From NCBI RefSeq assembly GCF_037042905.1, contig NC_087252.1:4218001-4282000 (forward strand): 64,000 nt of DNA, given 5' to 3'. Shown here piece by piece: positions 39,701-50,659 of the stretch. The position numbers and the translations under genes are program-made. Numbering within the stretch: position 1 is the stretch's first letter; each line of letters begins with the position of its first letter. The notes under the pieces were generated by a model that did not search any database, was not told where the DNA came from, and saw only the letters and a list, made by a program, of their open reading frames with translations. This DNA comes from Lytechinus pictus. Lineage: Eukaryota.

Positions 39701-42248
39701 GTGATATCAATGATTTTCATTCCAAGCGTTTTTATTTTTCATGTGTCGAATGAATAGTTAAATGTTACAATATAACAATATAACCCCAAAAATGGTACAT
39801 GATGATTGAAGCGAATTGGCAATAAATCTTAGATACATAATACAAAGAAAAATTGATAGCTTGATTACACATGATGTAGAAAACATGGCACATTAAAAAG
39901 GAAGCAGAGCTGGTAGAAAAATTAGTGCCTCTGTGATTAAATACGATTTGTAAGTCATAGAGTCAAAATAAGATTGTACATATAAAATCATTGACCATTA
40001 TACATTGCCTTCAAAACATAAAAAGTGAAAACATCAATTTAGAAAGGAGGGCTATGAAAAGGGCAGCATAAGGGTAATTTGAGATTGACTTGGGAAGAAC
40101 GACTCATGGTGGGCATGTAACTATTGTCATGATTGTAAGGTTAAACTAATCTTGTGCTATCTTACATCTGACTATCATAAGTTTTACAGTGTAATTCTCA
40201 CCATTTCTTTCTTCTTTAGAAGGAAAATGTAAACTCTTGGATGGAACAGTCGATTTTCCGATCCTGGTGTTTGAGTAAGTAATATATTAACTGGGACTTA
40301 AAATTTCAGATAAAAAATTATACGGAAGCATCGAAAAGAATAGTCATTAAAATTATCGTCACGAATTGTATTTCAATGATGTTGTTTCATTGTTGCCATT
40401 GAGATTTGTTGAAATAATTTTCATTATTAATAAGATAATAATATTAATAATTTCAATACATATGACAGTAATTATGTTATGTATTCTACTTGCTATAATT
40501 TCCATTATTATCGTTACCATTATTGTCATCATTATTATAATTATTAGTAGTATTATCATAATCATCATCATTATCATCATCATCATCATCATACTTATTA
40601 TCATCAACATCATCTTGATAAACAATCATTTATAAAACAGAGATAATGTCATTCCTATTTCTCTTGGTGATTTTGATGCGAAATATTGTATTTCCTGTCC
40701 TGAAATTGTTCTTTTACTCTGCAGCGCAAGGCAACCCGTCAATGCACTGGAAAAGTTTCTACCAGACTTTGTGAAGGCGACTCGTAAGGAATTTGGTAAT
40801 CAAATAATTTTTCTACTTTCTCCCTTAAACGTGTCTTATTTATGTCGAGGCAACATATTGATCAGTTCAGTTCAGTTCAACTTTATTCAATTCCAATATC
40901 AAAAACATTTAACAACACATTGGATAAAAAATGCAATTCAAGATAAAATAAAGCAGTTCAATGGTATGTACATGCATATTGAATAGAAAAAGTATTGAAA
41001 TTAGGTATAGCTGTAAAAACCATAAAGGTCTTGTCAAGACAGCTCCCTTAATAACATAAGACTTGATCAATTAATAAAAGCGGAGAACAAATTCAGTAAA
41101 TATTCAGTAAATAAAAATGAATTGCGTCTTGCACCAAGACAAACCCAGAACAAACATACATGATCCTGGTGACCTATCAACAACAACAAGAAAGTCACGG
41201 TCTAGAACCGTCATCCACAGCATATCCTTCAGCTGATCTACAAATCAACTGAGCTGCGCTAGCCTGGTTGACTATAGTCATGATAGTCTCGACTTTAGAT
41301 GGGCTAAGAGAGCGAGCGAGGATGACTACAAGGCTGTGTTGCCGGCCCCGCTGACACGAGCTCACGCTGCAATCAAGAATTCTTTATTTTGGCAATTTGA
41401 ATTCGAGGTACACCAAAATATTACTGAACACAGGCCTTTGGGTTTAGGCCCACTCACGAACAACATCAACATTCCTGTTTTCTTATTAAGCAAATTGAAA
41501 TATCATGATGAAATAAATAGTAATTAATGGTGTTGTTTTAGACAAAGTCTGAAGACGCTCATGGCTCTGGACTGACAGCTACAAATATAAACAGTTTCCA
41601 CAAATAGACCTTCAAATACACAATGGAAAAAGTGAGTACACCATTTTGTATCACTCACTGGAATTCCAGCTAATGAAATTTGATGGGACTGGTGCCCTCC
41701 CGCATGCTGCTCCGTTCACCAACAAGTTTAGGGACAGGCCCGGTTAGCTCACTGCTCACAAGAGCTTTAGGCTGCAAAGGGCAACAGCCCCTAAAGGAAG
41801 TCAATAAGAAGTCAACCAGTGAGTGATGATTTAAATGCTTACTAGACCTACTAAAGAAGTGTAATTTCTTATGAATCCGGGTTTATCATGTTTTTGAGGT
41901 TTGTTTGTTTTTTTTATTCTAGGTTCTCACCCAGCAATTGTGTTCACCCATGCACGCAACGTTGGCGACCGACAGGACACCATCAAAGCCCAGGCCACCG
42001 GCATGGGTGCCTTGGACCAGAAGATTTACTTCGTCGAAAACTTCACGGAGGACCCTACCGAACCTTGCTTCGAACGGCGTTTGGAGTTCCTGCGCATGCT
42101 GAAGACAATGCTGCAGTGTGCTGATGAGAATCTCGTGATAAGAGACAATAAGAAGGCCAAAGGCAATGGCGCGTCTAACGTCGTGGAGATGGACTCGGAT
42201 GACGCTCCTAGACAAAAGGGGTTCTTGGGTTTCTTCAAGAAGAAATAA
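17591..42248 (+). CDS. Type I membrane protein: signal peptide + IgV + IgC-like + TM + cytoplasmic IFI44-like P-loop GTPase domain, ~557 aa, 11 exons
   Basis: Phase-consistent exons: 17591-17660 (MMMLKWTLIVGVYSLSLITSAES), 22912-23229 (LPCRF..VYWYK..DEEMYSC), 24829-25067 and 32827-32926 (LRCRV..LSW..FVCKATG), 33835-33936 (TM GIAVFLIFLIVIVAVVAIVYIMW), 34537-34599, 35875-36045 (LRDYKP...GVFGVTHAGKSS), 36790-36948 (GGVT...VVDNRGL), 40220-40274, 40725-40795, 41923-42248 (IVFTHAR...IYFVENFT...LKTMLQCAD...GFFKKK*). Total 1674 nt, open throughout. Confidence 0.88.
17949..18645. repeat. (CTA/CTG)n microsatellite split by a small CAGGGGCGG-type MITE (~18231-18489)
   Basis: Two (CTA)n tracts flanking CAGGGGCGGAAATC..GATTTCCGCCCATG. 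Confidence 0.9.
20025..20848. mobile_element. PIF/Harbinger-like non-autonomous element
   Basis: TIR GGCTGGGTTCACATAGAAGTATAC / GTATACTTCTATGTGAACCCAGCC; 3-bp TSD TGA. Confidence 0.8.
24290..24786. repeat. Compound (TAG)n/(CTA)n microsatellite with internal inversions
   Basis: Alternating complementary tracts, directly visible. Confidence 0.95.
25425..29728 (-). CDS. LINE ORF2 (APE endonuclease + reverse transcriptase + C-terminal zinc finger), interrupted near its start by a MITE
   Basis: Motifs AFLQET, NIYAP, GGDWN, SRLDY, CDH; SPGSDG, WRPISLLN, DFRKAFD, GVRQGCPLS, QFADD, YLG; CEIC..ETIGHFLFFC. Removing 29167-29702 restores MLHFVSLNVRGLRNK.. (~1255 aa). Confidence 0.92.
29167..29694. mobile_element. 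Non-autonomous DNA transposon (MITE) with CCCGGGGG..CACTC termini, nested in the LINE
   Basis: Imperfect TIRs CCCG(G)n(T)GCACTC / GAGTG(C)nGGG; 8-bp TSD ACCCCCTC at 29159-29166 and 29695-29702. Confidence 0.9.
29803..30903 (-). CDS. LINE ORF1, gag-like nucleic-acid-binding protein with two CCHC zinc knuckles (366 aa)
   Basis: Intact ORF; CSKCLEKGHHVSSC and CSLCKASGHVRNKC knuckles; charged, low-complexity C-terminus. Confidence 0.9.
   Translation of the reverse strand: MANASGTKPVFVKSEDVRNVSTKQISGEELYMSLVKIIEPTNISGIQQIRNLWRIYLVRHEDRVKVIMSGLELRGAVTPVHDLNPFTKTRDENLLRVVIKDIPLSVSDQLIKSEFQTKNIEIHGEIIRQKLRVNGQLTSCLNGDRVLFIKPPAQALPRKFVFGKVFVGRLYHLGQPEQGVGSVATCSKCLEKGHHVSSCKNAIRCSLCKASGHVRNKCPTNIATETTDATDLRLDDDRPRQAAAASLTSSTSYSGKAKKQLNLQDFLPVPTPSDQKASRPRKAHSVMNAIVVESDGKFSSTDEDPGDKSKGDRAKSNYGSSSETETSDRDSDDEGTTLSAETPPLQLVQDKRKPSKRKRKDTSKNK
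31236..31507 (-). mobile_element. tRNA-derived SINE
   Basis: Minus strand: TGGTCTAGTGG A box, GGTTCGAATCC B box, central CACTCGACCCAGGTGAGGTGAATGGGTACC domain, (ATT)n tail. Confidence 0.88.
33139..33334. mobile_element. Near-perfect palindromic MITE (CACTC..GAGTG, TA flanks)
   Basis: Arms of about 75 bp are exact reverse complements (CACTCTAAAAAATGTTGGGCAACATACGGTCCACACAAC...). Confidence 0.88.
35258..35567. mobile_element. Harbinger-like MITE, older copy
   Basis: GACCCGTATTCTGAAGTCAGGTTTAA ... AAACGGGTC; 3-bp TSD ACT; same family as 36420-36738. Confidence 0.75.
36420..36738. mobile_element. Harbinger-like MITE
   Basis: TIR GGCCCGTATTCTGAA / TTCAGAATACGGGCC; 3-bp TSD AAT. Confidence 0.85.
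37027..39482. mobile_element. hAT-like non-autonomous element with internal GCTCGCGCTTCGCGCTCGC-type tandem units
   Basis: Termini CACTAGCGTACC / GGTACGCCACTG; 8-bp TSD GGGCTGTC at 37019-37026 and 39483-39490; ~100-120 bp degenerate repeats at ~37450-38380. Confidence 0.8.
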
Positions 42249-43791
42249 GTGCAAAGTCTCGTACACAGTGCGTTTATCCGCAGACCTGAACAGTCTCCTA
42301 TGATGACATGCCTGGAGAAAAGAAATGTCGTTTTCGAAAGAGTGCAAATTATCCTCTTTATAAAGGGGAGCTAAGGATCCTCTAAGGGGGCACTCAGATG
42401 TCGAGATAACGATCTTGGGAAGTTGACATCGTATTAGCGAACGAACAGAAAACGAGATCTTGGATCGCTTCATGTTTACGTCCCTTCTAAGAGATGATAA
42501 TGTGATGAGATGTCTACATCCTTTCAAGGGCGTAGGCTGGGGTAGTCTGGGTGCACGTGCACCCTCCCGCTAAGGCCGAGGAGTTCCGACACTGGCAAAC
42601 AAAACGAAATTTTTACCCTTTCTTATGCTTTCAGCAACTGATTTTCCAAACTTTAGTTCCACCTCCCCAAGATGTGCACCTCCATACCACTTTAGTTCCT
42701 CCTCCCCAGGATGTACAACTCCCCATGCTCAAACTAGCCTACGCCCTTGCCTTTAGAAAAGATGCATGACTGTACTATTTATTTATTTTTTTATCTGAAG
42801 GGGAAGATACGCATTAACATTTTCTGAAAGTTCGAGGGAGCGAGGGGCGCTTTGCATTTTTTATAGTGAAACTAAAATTTGGTGAACGAAATTATGTTTT
42901 CACAAAAATTGTTGCGGGCAACTGCCCCTGTGCTGAGTACGGCCATGAAGAAATAATTAGATTATGAAACCTTGGATGTCATAGATGTCATGTATATTTA
43001 CATAAATTGAAATTGAATTATTATCGATTTGATTATTATTTATAGGTTTTTCTTATGATTTCCATTGATAACAATTTTTATTATATTCATCATTATTGTT
43101 AGTCAACTAGTTATCAAATGCCTATATTGATTCATTATTCCATTGTTATTTTAAACCAATATTAACATTTAGTAACGCAGATATGATAAAAATGTAGTTT
43201 TAGCCTAAATAGGGCTATAGGTCCCCCATTCATGTATAGAAAAAGATTTTCGATAGACGAATGAAATTTTATCGTATGTTATTTGAATGACCACAAATAT
43301 ATTTTGTCTTTCTATGAATTATCATGTTGAAAAATGTATATCAAGGCTCGCTAATACTAAGAGTTCAAATGGACTGCACGAAACGCGCATGCAAAAATGA
43401 TCTTAATTGGGCATTTTTAGCGGCCGAATATTAACCTTGGTGTTGTATGCCTAACCGATGAACATGTTGAATGGATAATTGTGTATATTATGGTTATCAT
43501 GTACAGGGCCTACGTGTGAGGGCGTAGGATGCGTGTGTAAGTGTGTGTGTGGTATTATCAAATAACTAGGTGTCGGTGTGGGTATGGGTGGGGTAGCTTC
43601 AAGAAGGCTTTCTAGGCACTTGTTCACGATTTCCAGTATCCCTTTTCTGTATATTTTATATCTGTTTAAATCGACACCTTTTAACCACTCTTCTTACAAA
43701 TTACATGTAAATGATTGCATATCAAAGTGCTACACATAAGATTGCATCTGAATTTTCAGCCCGTTCTATGCATGCTAGAGATTTTTATTAA

Positions 43792-44355
43792 AGGACAAGT
43801 CCACCCCAGCAAAAAGTTGATCTGAATAAAAAGAGAAAAATCCCAAAAAGCACAATACTGAAAATTTCATCAAAATCGGATTTAAAATAAGAAAGTTATG
43901 ACATTTTAAAATTTCGCTAAATCTATATGCACATCCTGGTCGGTATGCCAACGAGGGGGCTGATGACGTTACACACTCACTATTTCTTTGTATTCTATTA
44001 TATGAAATATGACATATTCTTATTTTCTCCCTCTTTTCATGTGAAATCGAGTGTCATTTGTCCCTGAACATGTGGAATTATTACTGTTTAACAATATGTG
44101 GTTTAGTCAAGTTTTACATTATTGCCAATTCTGTAAAAATTGACATATTGTATAATTCAAACATTAAAAAAAATAGTGAGTGATGGACATCATCGACTCT
44201 CTCATGTGCATATCACTGAGTTGTGCATAATGTTTTGCGAAAAATAAGCGAAACTTCAAAATGTCATAACTCTCTTATTTTACATCCGAATTTGATGAAA
44301 TTTTCAGTATCAAGCTTGTTTTAGATGTTTCTCTGTTTATTTAAATCAACATTTA
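43792..44355. mobile_element. TTAA-flanked non-autonomous DNA element (Kolobok/piggyBac-like), right end truncated
   Basis: TTAA|AGGACAAGTCCACCCC start; internal inverted arms AAAATTTCATCAAAATCGGA..AAGTTATGACATTTT / AAAATGTCATAACT..TCCGAATTTGATGAAATTTT. Confidence 0.65.
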
Positions 44356-45024
44356 AAATGAAAAGAATTCATACTTCAGTTTTCTTACGATTCTCGTCAC
44401 ACCTCGAAAAATATGTTTTTCTCATTATTCTATTAAGTTATCTTTTAATAACTATTTTGATAAGTAATTTTTTTAATAACTCGGACTTGATATCAGGATG
44501 AAAGTTCCTCTTTTTATACTCTGTAAGTCGACCTGACAACTCAACTTCAAAAGGGTTACGTGTCATAGTGACAATATAGGTGTCTTGCCATTTATTTTTA
44601 ATCGCCCTAGCTGGTAATATACATTATTTCGCTGAAATGATATATTTAGTTCATATTCAAGTTCAAGTTCAAGTTTTATTTCATTTCTCAACTCAATACA
44701 AGATAAGAAAAAATTACACAGATATAAAATGATAACCATACAAATCAATACAAATGAAGATACATTGCAAGCAACATGACTATACTAGAAGAGTAAATAA
44801 ATGTTTATGGTGAACACTAAATAACGTGATAATCATATTAACCAATATAGGTCTTTCAAATCGACTTTTAAAGATAATGTTCCCAAATCTTGTTATTTTT
44901 CATATCATGTTAACGCTCCCGTACATATCTAAACATGTGCAATATAAACCATCAGCTATTATGAGGTATGGCAGTCTTTACGTATATTATTACATTTAAA
45001 ACCAATGATAAAATTTAAACCTCA

Positions 45025-45077
<53 letters not shown>

Positions 45078-45119
45078 TAAATATATATGAGTAAATATAT
45101 ATATATATATATATATATA

Positions 45120-45936
45120 CAGTGCGTCCCAGAAAAAACGAAACCGAGATTTAGCGATGATTTATCATAACTTAATCACAAATACAATAGACAAATGACC
45201 TACCAATGTAAAGCTTAGAATCTCCTCTTTCATCTGATATTACTTAGATTATTCCTCATTCACGCATGAGTGAGCAAAAACAATTTGAAGAAAGGATACC
45301 AAAAACTCATTTGGCGGGGGGTATCTGAATTTTAAAAAGAAAATCACATGCCTAAAAAGTTCAATATCTGCTCTTTAATTTGATACCTTAATCACAAAAA
45401 ATGGTCAAGAAGTAAAAAAGTTACGTTCCCTCGAAACAATGCTTGTATTTCCATAATTTCATTAAATAAACGTGTTTTCACCGGTTTTCCACAGAAGCTA
45501 TGGCATGGTTAATAAAAGACTTCATGCATGGCTAATCGTCAACAAAACGGAGTGTCGAGTGAGTTTGAACGCTAGCCTGTAAAACCTCTTCATTTTATGA
45601 AATGATTGAAATTCAAGCCTTATTTCAAATAACCAGAACTTTCTTATTTCTTGACCATTTTCTGTAATTGAGGTATCAAATTAAAGAGCAGATATTGAAC
45701 TTTTTAGAAATGTGGTTTTCGTTTTGAAACCCAGATACCCCCCGCCAAATGACTTTTTGGTATCCCCTCTTCAAATTATTTTTGCTCACTCATGCGTGAA
45801 TGAGAAATAATCTAAGTAATTTCAGATGAAAGAGGAGATTCTAAGCTTTACAATGGTAGGTCATTTGTCTATTGTATTTGTGATTAAGTTATGATAAATC
45901 ATCGCTAAATCTCGGTTTCGTTTTTTCTGGGACGCA

Positions 45937-45939
<3 letters not shown>
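45120..45939. mobile_element. Tc1/mariner-type MITE with ~300-bp inverted arms inserted in (TA)n
   Basis: CAGTGCGTCCCAGAAAAAACGAAACCGAG ... CTCGGTTTCGTTTTTTCTGGGACGCACTG; (TA)n on both sides. Confidence 0.9.
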
Positions 45940-46033
<94 letters not shown>

Positions 46034-46410
46034 ATGTACATGTATGTATGTATATATTCGTTTTTAGTTTTTATATTGCATGCGCAATTAATAAATGAGC
46101 TGAATTAATGGTTTTATTGTATTGATATGCTAGCTAGCGTACATAATGTGTTATGGTCTCATGTGTTGTGATTAATCTACGATTCGAGGTACGAGCATTT
46201 TATTTGTTGCAAATATATATATATGCGATATTGATGATGATGACGATTTAAAAATGAACTCACTCATGCGTGAATGAGAAATAATCTAAGTAATTTCAGA
46301 TGAAAGAGGAGATTCTAAGCTTTACAATGGTAGGTCATTTGTCTATTGTATTTGTGATTAAGTTATGATAAATCATCGCTAAATCTCGGTTTCGTTTTTT
46401 CTGGGACGCA

Positions 46411-46493
<83 letters not shown>

Positions 46494-46720
46494 ATGTACA
46501 TGTATGTATGTATATATTCGTTTTTAGTTTTTATATTGCATGCGCAATTAATAAATGAGCTGAATTAATGGTTTTATTGTATTGATATGCTAGCTAGCGT
46601 ACATAATGTGTTATGGTCTCATGTGTTGTGATTAATCTACGATTCGAGGTACGAGCATTTTATTTGTTGCAAATATATATATATGCGATATTGATGATGA
46701 TGACGATTTAAAAATGAACT
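45787..46720. repeat. Direct tandem duplication, ~470 bp x2
   Basis: 45787-46260 is repeated at 46261-46720, apparently identical except for (TA)n length. Confidence 0.9.
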
Positions 46721-46904
46721 TTCATCTAGGAGATGAAAGTAGTGGGATTGGCACTACCCACAATTTTCATCACCATCACAATTTTTTTCATTATTTATGA
46801 TAACCTTGCAAACATCGCACGATGCATTTACTCTTAGATAAATTTATGTAACCTACTTCCGAAAATCAGTTTTGTTCTATTTTCTTTCACCCGCCTTGAC
46901 TTTG

Positions 46905-48965
46905 AGTGTGTGTTTGTGTGTACGGGTGGGTAAGGGGGTGTGTGTGTGTTTCTACGTGTGTGTGTGTGTTTGGGAGTGAGGGTGTCCGCGCGTGTGTGAG
47001 AGAGATATTGAGACGGGCGTAATTGAGATAGAAAAAGGAGTTAGAGAGTGGTGGGCTGACCTAAACTTACGGAAAAGGGGTTAATCGGGAGAGAAAGATA
47101 GAGAGAGAACGAGGGGGGGGGGGGGAGTGTGTGTGTACGAAAAGAATCAAGAGGAAAGACGACGATTTATTAACAAACGAACATGTGCAAATGTGTTTAA
47201 AAATATCGTATACATCTTGATTAAAAAACTATATTTTCTACCTAAGACTAGGCCTACACCCTTAAACAACGTATTTTCATTGTTTAATATTTCATTTCAT
47301 AAGCAAATGAATTCAAAATCATTGGAAGTAAATGATCCTCAGATTAATGTATGCAATTTGGCGGATCTTTCAGAACGAAAAATACACTCATAATTTGAGA
47401 GAACATGATAGCAAAAAGTGTTAGAAAAACCCCAACAAAACAGAAAACTGATATCACAATATTCTCCCCCCCCCAAAAAAAAAAAAACAATCTGCAGATG
47501 CTCAAATAAATCAAAATCATCCCGGTTTGATTATTATTCTGAAAAGTAGAAAAAAAGAAGAATAACAAGAAGACAAAGCTGGGTCATCACATTTGGGACT
47601 TTCCCGTTAAAGGGGAAGTTCACACTGACAAATAGTATATTATAAAAATTGCAAAAAATAAATAATAACATATTGGTGAAGTCTTGAGGAAAATCCATCA
47701 AAACTTAAAAGTAATTAGAACATTTTGATTTGTGACGTCACATATGAGCAGCTTCACATGTATCGTGAATAAAAAATTATTTCACACCTAGTTATGAAAA
47801 AAACTAAGTTATTTTAAACCATTTTTAAAAAGTGAACTTTATGCGTTTAATATTACATAACATATGGAACAGCTGTTCGTATATGATGTCACAATAAAAA
47901 AAACCTTCAAATTCTAATAACTAGCTTACAAGAGGAGTGATCAAATAGCACTGTCACATCTGGAAGCACTTTCACGGAAAAAAAATTAAAGAGGATCTGA
48001 AAATAAACAATATAGGTCAAAAGGGAATACTCTGCCATCAGACCCCCCCCCCCCACCTCCCCTCGAACGCTAGTGGTAAGACCTGGTTATTTTGGTGGGT
48101 GAAAGCGCTTTGGGCATGTGTGAATGTGAGTGAGGGTGAGGATGTGTGTGTGTGTGTGTATATGTGAGGAATGGTGTGTGTGTGTGTGTGAGAGAGAGCG
48201 AGAGATAGTGAGACAAGGTGTAAATTAAGATAGAAAGTGGAGTCCGAGTCAGAGAGTGGTGGGCTGACCTAAACTTACGGAAAAGCGGTTAATCGGGAGA
48301 GAAAGAAAGAGAGAGAGAGTAAGAATAGAGTAAGAGGAGAGACGTAGCTTTACAAAAAACAACATGTGCAGATATGTTTAATTGTTTACACGACATATTT
48401 TGCAATATCTTATACATTCTAATTATGAAATACTATATTTTCTTCTTAAGTTTACACCCCCCCAAAAAAAACGTATTTTAAAGATTTAATATTTCATTTT
48501 ATCTGAAAATGAATTCAAAGTTATGGTAATGAATGATCTTCAGATTGATTTCCCAAGACTGTAAAGGACTTTGACTATGCTAATTAGCGAATTTTTCAGA
48601 ACGAAAGTTACATTAATAATTTGAGAAGACTATGGTATAAAAAAACAAAAACAAAACCAAAATAGAGAGTACCCGTGAATATCACAACATCTTACCCAAA
48701 TAAAAAGAATACAATCTGCAGATGCTTAAATAAATAAAACAATCGAATCTCCGTTCGATTATTAATACTTGTTATATTCTACATGACGAAATTTGCACCC
48801 CAAGTGGATTTGAGAAAAGCTAACCTTACCTTGGGATGCAGATCAAGGATAACTAAGGGGAGGGGCATCAAAAGGCAACCAATTTCTTCTCCAGTCAAAT
48901 ATGATATGAAATACTAATTACAAAAAATAATAAGAGAACAAAGCTAAAGTCATTACATTTTCCGT
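46905..48965. repeat. Diverged tandem segmental duplication (~1.2 kb offset)
   Basis: Collinear blocks at ~46905-47610 and ~48115-48965, for example ACATGTGCA, TTTAATATTTCATTT, CAATCTGCAGATGCT, and a 56-bp near-identical core. Confidence 0.75.
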
Positions 48966-49979
48966 TAAGTTATTTTTGAAGAAAAAACTCTAATTCACAC
49001 CACACCATTCTTATAATCTGTTATATTTTTTTATCTTAATCCGAAATTTTCATGTAAAAGTGTGCGTGTGTGTGGAGGGGGGGGGGGGCTAGCAAATCAT
49101 CAAAGCATAGACCTACCTTTAAGACTTTATAATACATGCATTACAATTCTGGATATAATTTCATTACTTAAATTACATAAATTCCTAAATCGTGTGTTAA
49201 ATTATGCTACACCTAAAATCGCTGTTACAGTCATCTATCGAAAACAAATATATTAAGCCAACCAAATGAATAAGGAATACACAAAAAGGGGGCTCAGCTA
49301 AGGTGCACCTTAATCATGTTAATATGTTCGAATTGTGACAAAATGCTATTTCCAAGCTCAAAAGGAACACATAGGGCCAACATTAAATGCGGCACGATCA
49401 TTTTTCTTTTTTTCATATTTGTACTCAAATCAATATTTTGTTTGAATGCTGGAGTTATCATGATTTTCATGATTAATTTGTCATTTTGATTTTTTTAACA
49501 CTAAGAATTTTCCTTGCAGGCTTAAATTACAGTAAACAGACTCTGTAAATTTACTATATGTCAAGTACTTTCGCAAGGAGACTAAATTGAACAGTGCTAA
49601 ATTAGAATACACGTCATTACTTACTGGTCTGACTAGCTTCCTATAGGGGATGGTGTGATTATAATTTGCTATAGCTCCTGTGAGTACTGAGCTGAGCCGG
49701 GTTGCCCCTTAAATTGTCGGTGAACGGAGCAGCAAGCAGAGGGCACCAGACCTCACCAGGATGTAGCTAGGAATTCCCGTGGGTGAGGCAAAACTGTACC
49801 TCAGTAACTTAAGATCTCTCTCTTCTTGTTTTACTTCGTTTACATTTATAATTATAGTTGTTATATGTACTTATGTATATCTAAAGGAACTCTAACTGCG
49901 CTAGCGCCATGAGCGTCTCTGGAAGGTTTGTGCGCTCAATAAGACGTCACTATTACCACCATTATTATTTAATTTGATA

Positions 49980-50292
49980 ATAATGATAATATTCCGCTTT
50001 TATATAGCGCTTAATACATCGGAACAACGTCACTAAAGCACTTTAAAGATTATGTTATTTCCCCGGTCATAGGATCCTGGTATGCCCGCGTACAATGTAC
50101 GCACCTTCTCCACTCCCTTGCAAGGCATACTACATAGACTTTCGCATCCTACCGAGTACCCATTTAACATCTGGGTGGAGAGTGGCAAATTGTGGATTGA
50201 CACCTTGCCAAAGGACGTTAGGCCATGGTGGGATTCGAACACACGACCCTCTGATTACAAGGCGAGAGTCAGAACCGTTACACCACGACACT
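49980..50292 (-). mobile_element. tRNA-derived SINE
   Basis: Minus strand: GTGGTGTAACGGTT A box, GTTCGAATCC B box, CTCTCCACCCAGATGTTAAATGGGTAC central domain, ATT-rich tail. Confidence 0.85.
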
Positions 50293-50659
50293 TGTTAATT
50301 TATAATTTTCACATTTTTTCACAGACAATGGGAAAATATTCAATGAATACGCATGTCACTATGATTTAGACATTAGAAAATCGATTGCAATCGTTTTCTG
50401 GACGGTCCGGTTAATATTTTTCGGAAAATGTGAGAATTTATGCCAAAATTTCCACGTTTTAGGTCAAAAATGTGCATGTGCATTAATATCTTTCTTTTTT
50501 ATCATTAACATCAACAACTATTGCAAAATATCATCATTCGACACGTAAGGGGGTATATGACGGAAAATATTGATATGCTTCATGACGTAATTAATGTCTT
50601 AACTTGCACCTTAAATCATAGTCCCGCAAGAGCCTGTCAAAGGTGAAAATATCGTGCTT

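Noticed and set aside
41160..41830. GC-richer intronic stretch that might be a coding or retroelement relic
   Set aside because: Stops in the frames examined and no motif I could recognise; left unassigned.
42234..42248. Canonical dilysine ER-retrieval signal
   Set aside because: FFKKK has Phe at -4 and -5, so it does not fit KKxx or KxKxx.
41919..42527. 202-aa minus-strand ORF
   Set aside because: Antisense shadow of the GC-rich last exon of gene 2; no recognisable motifs.
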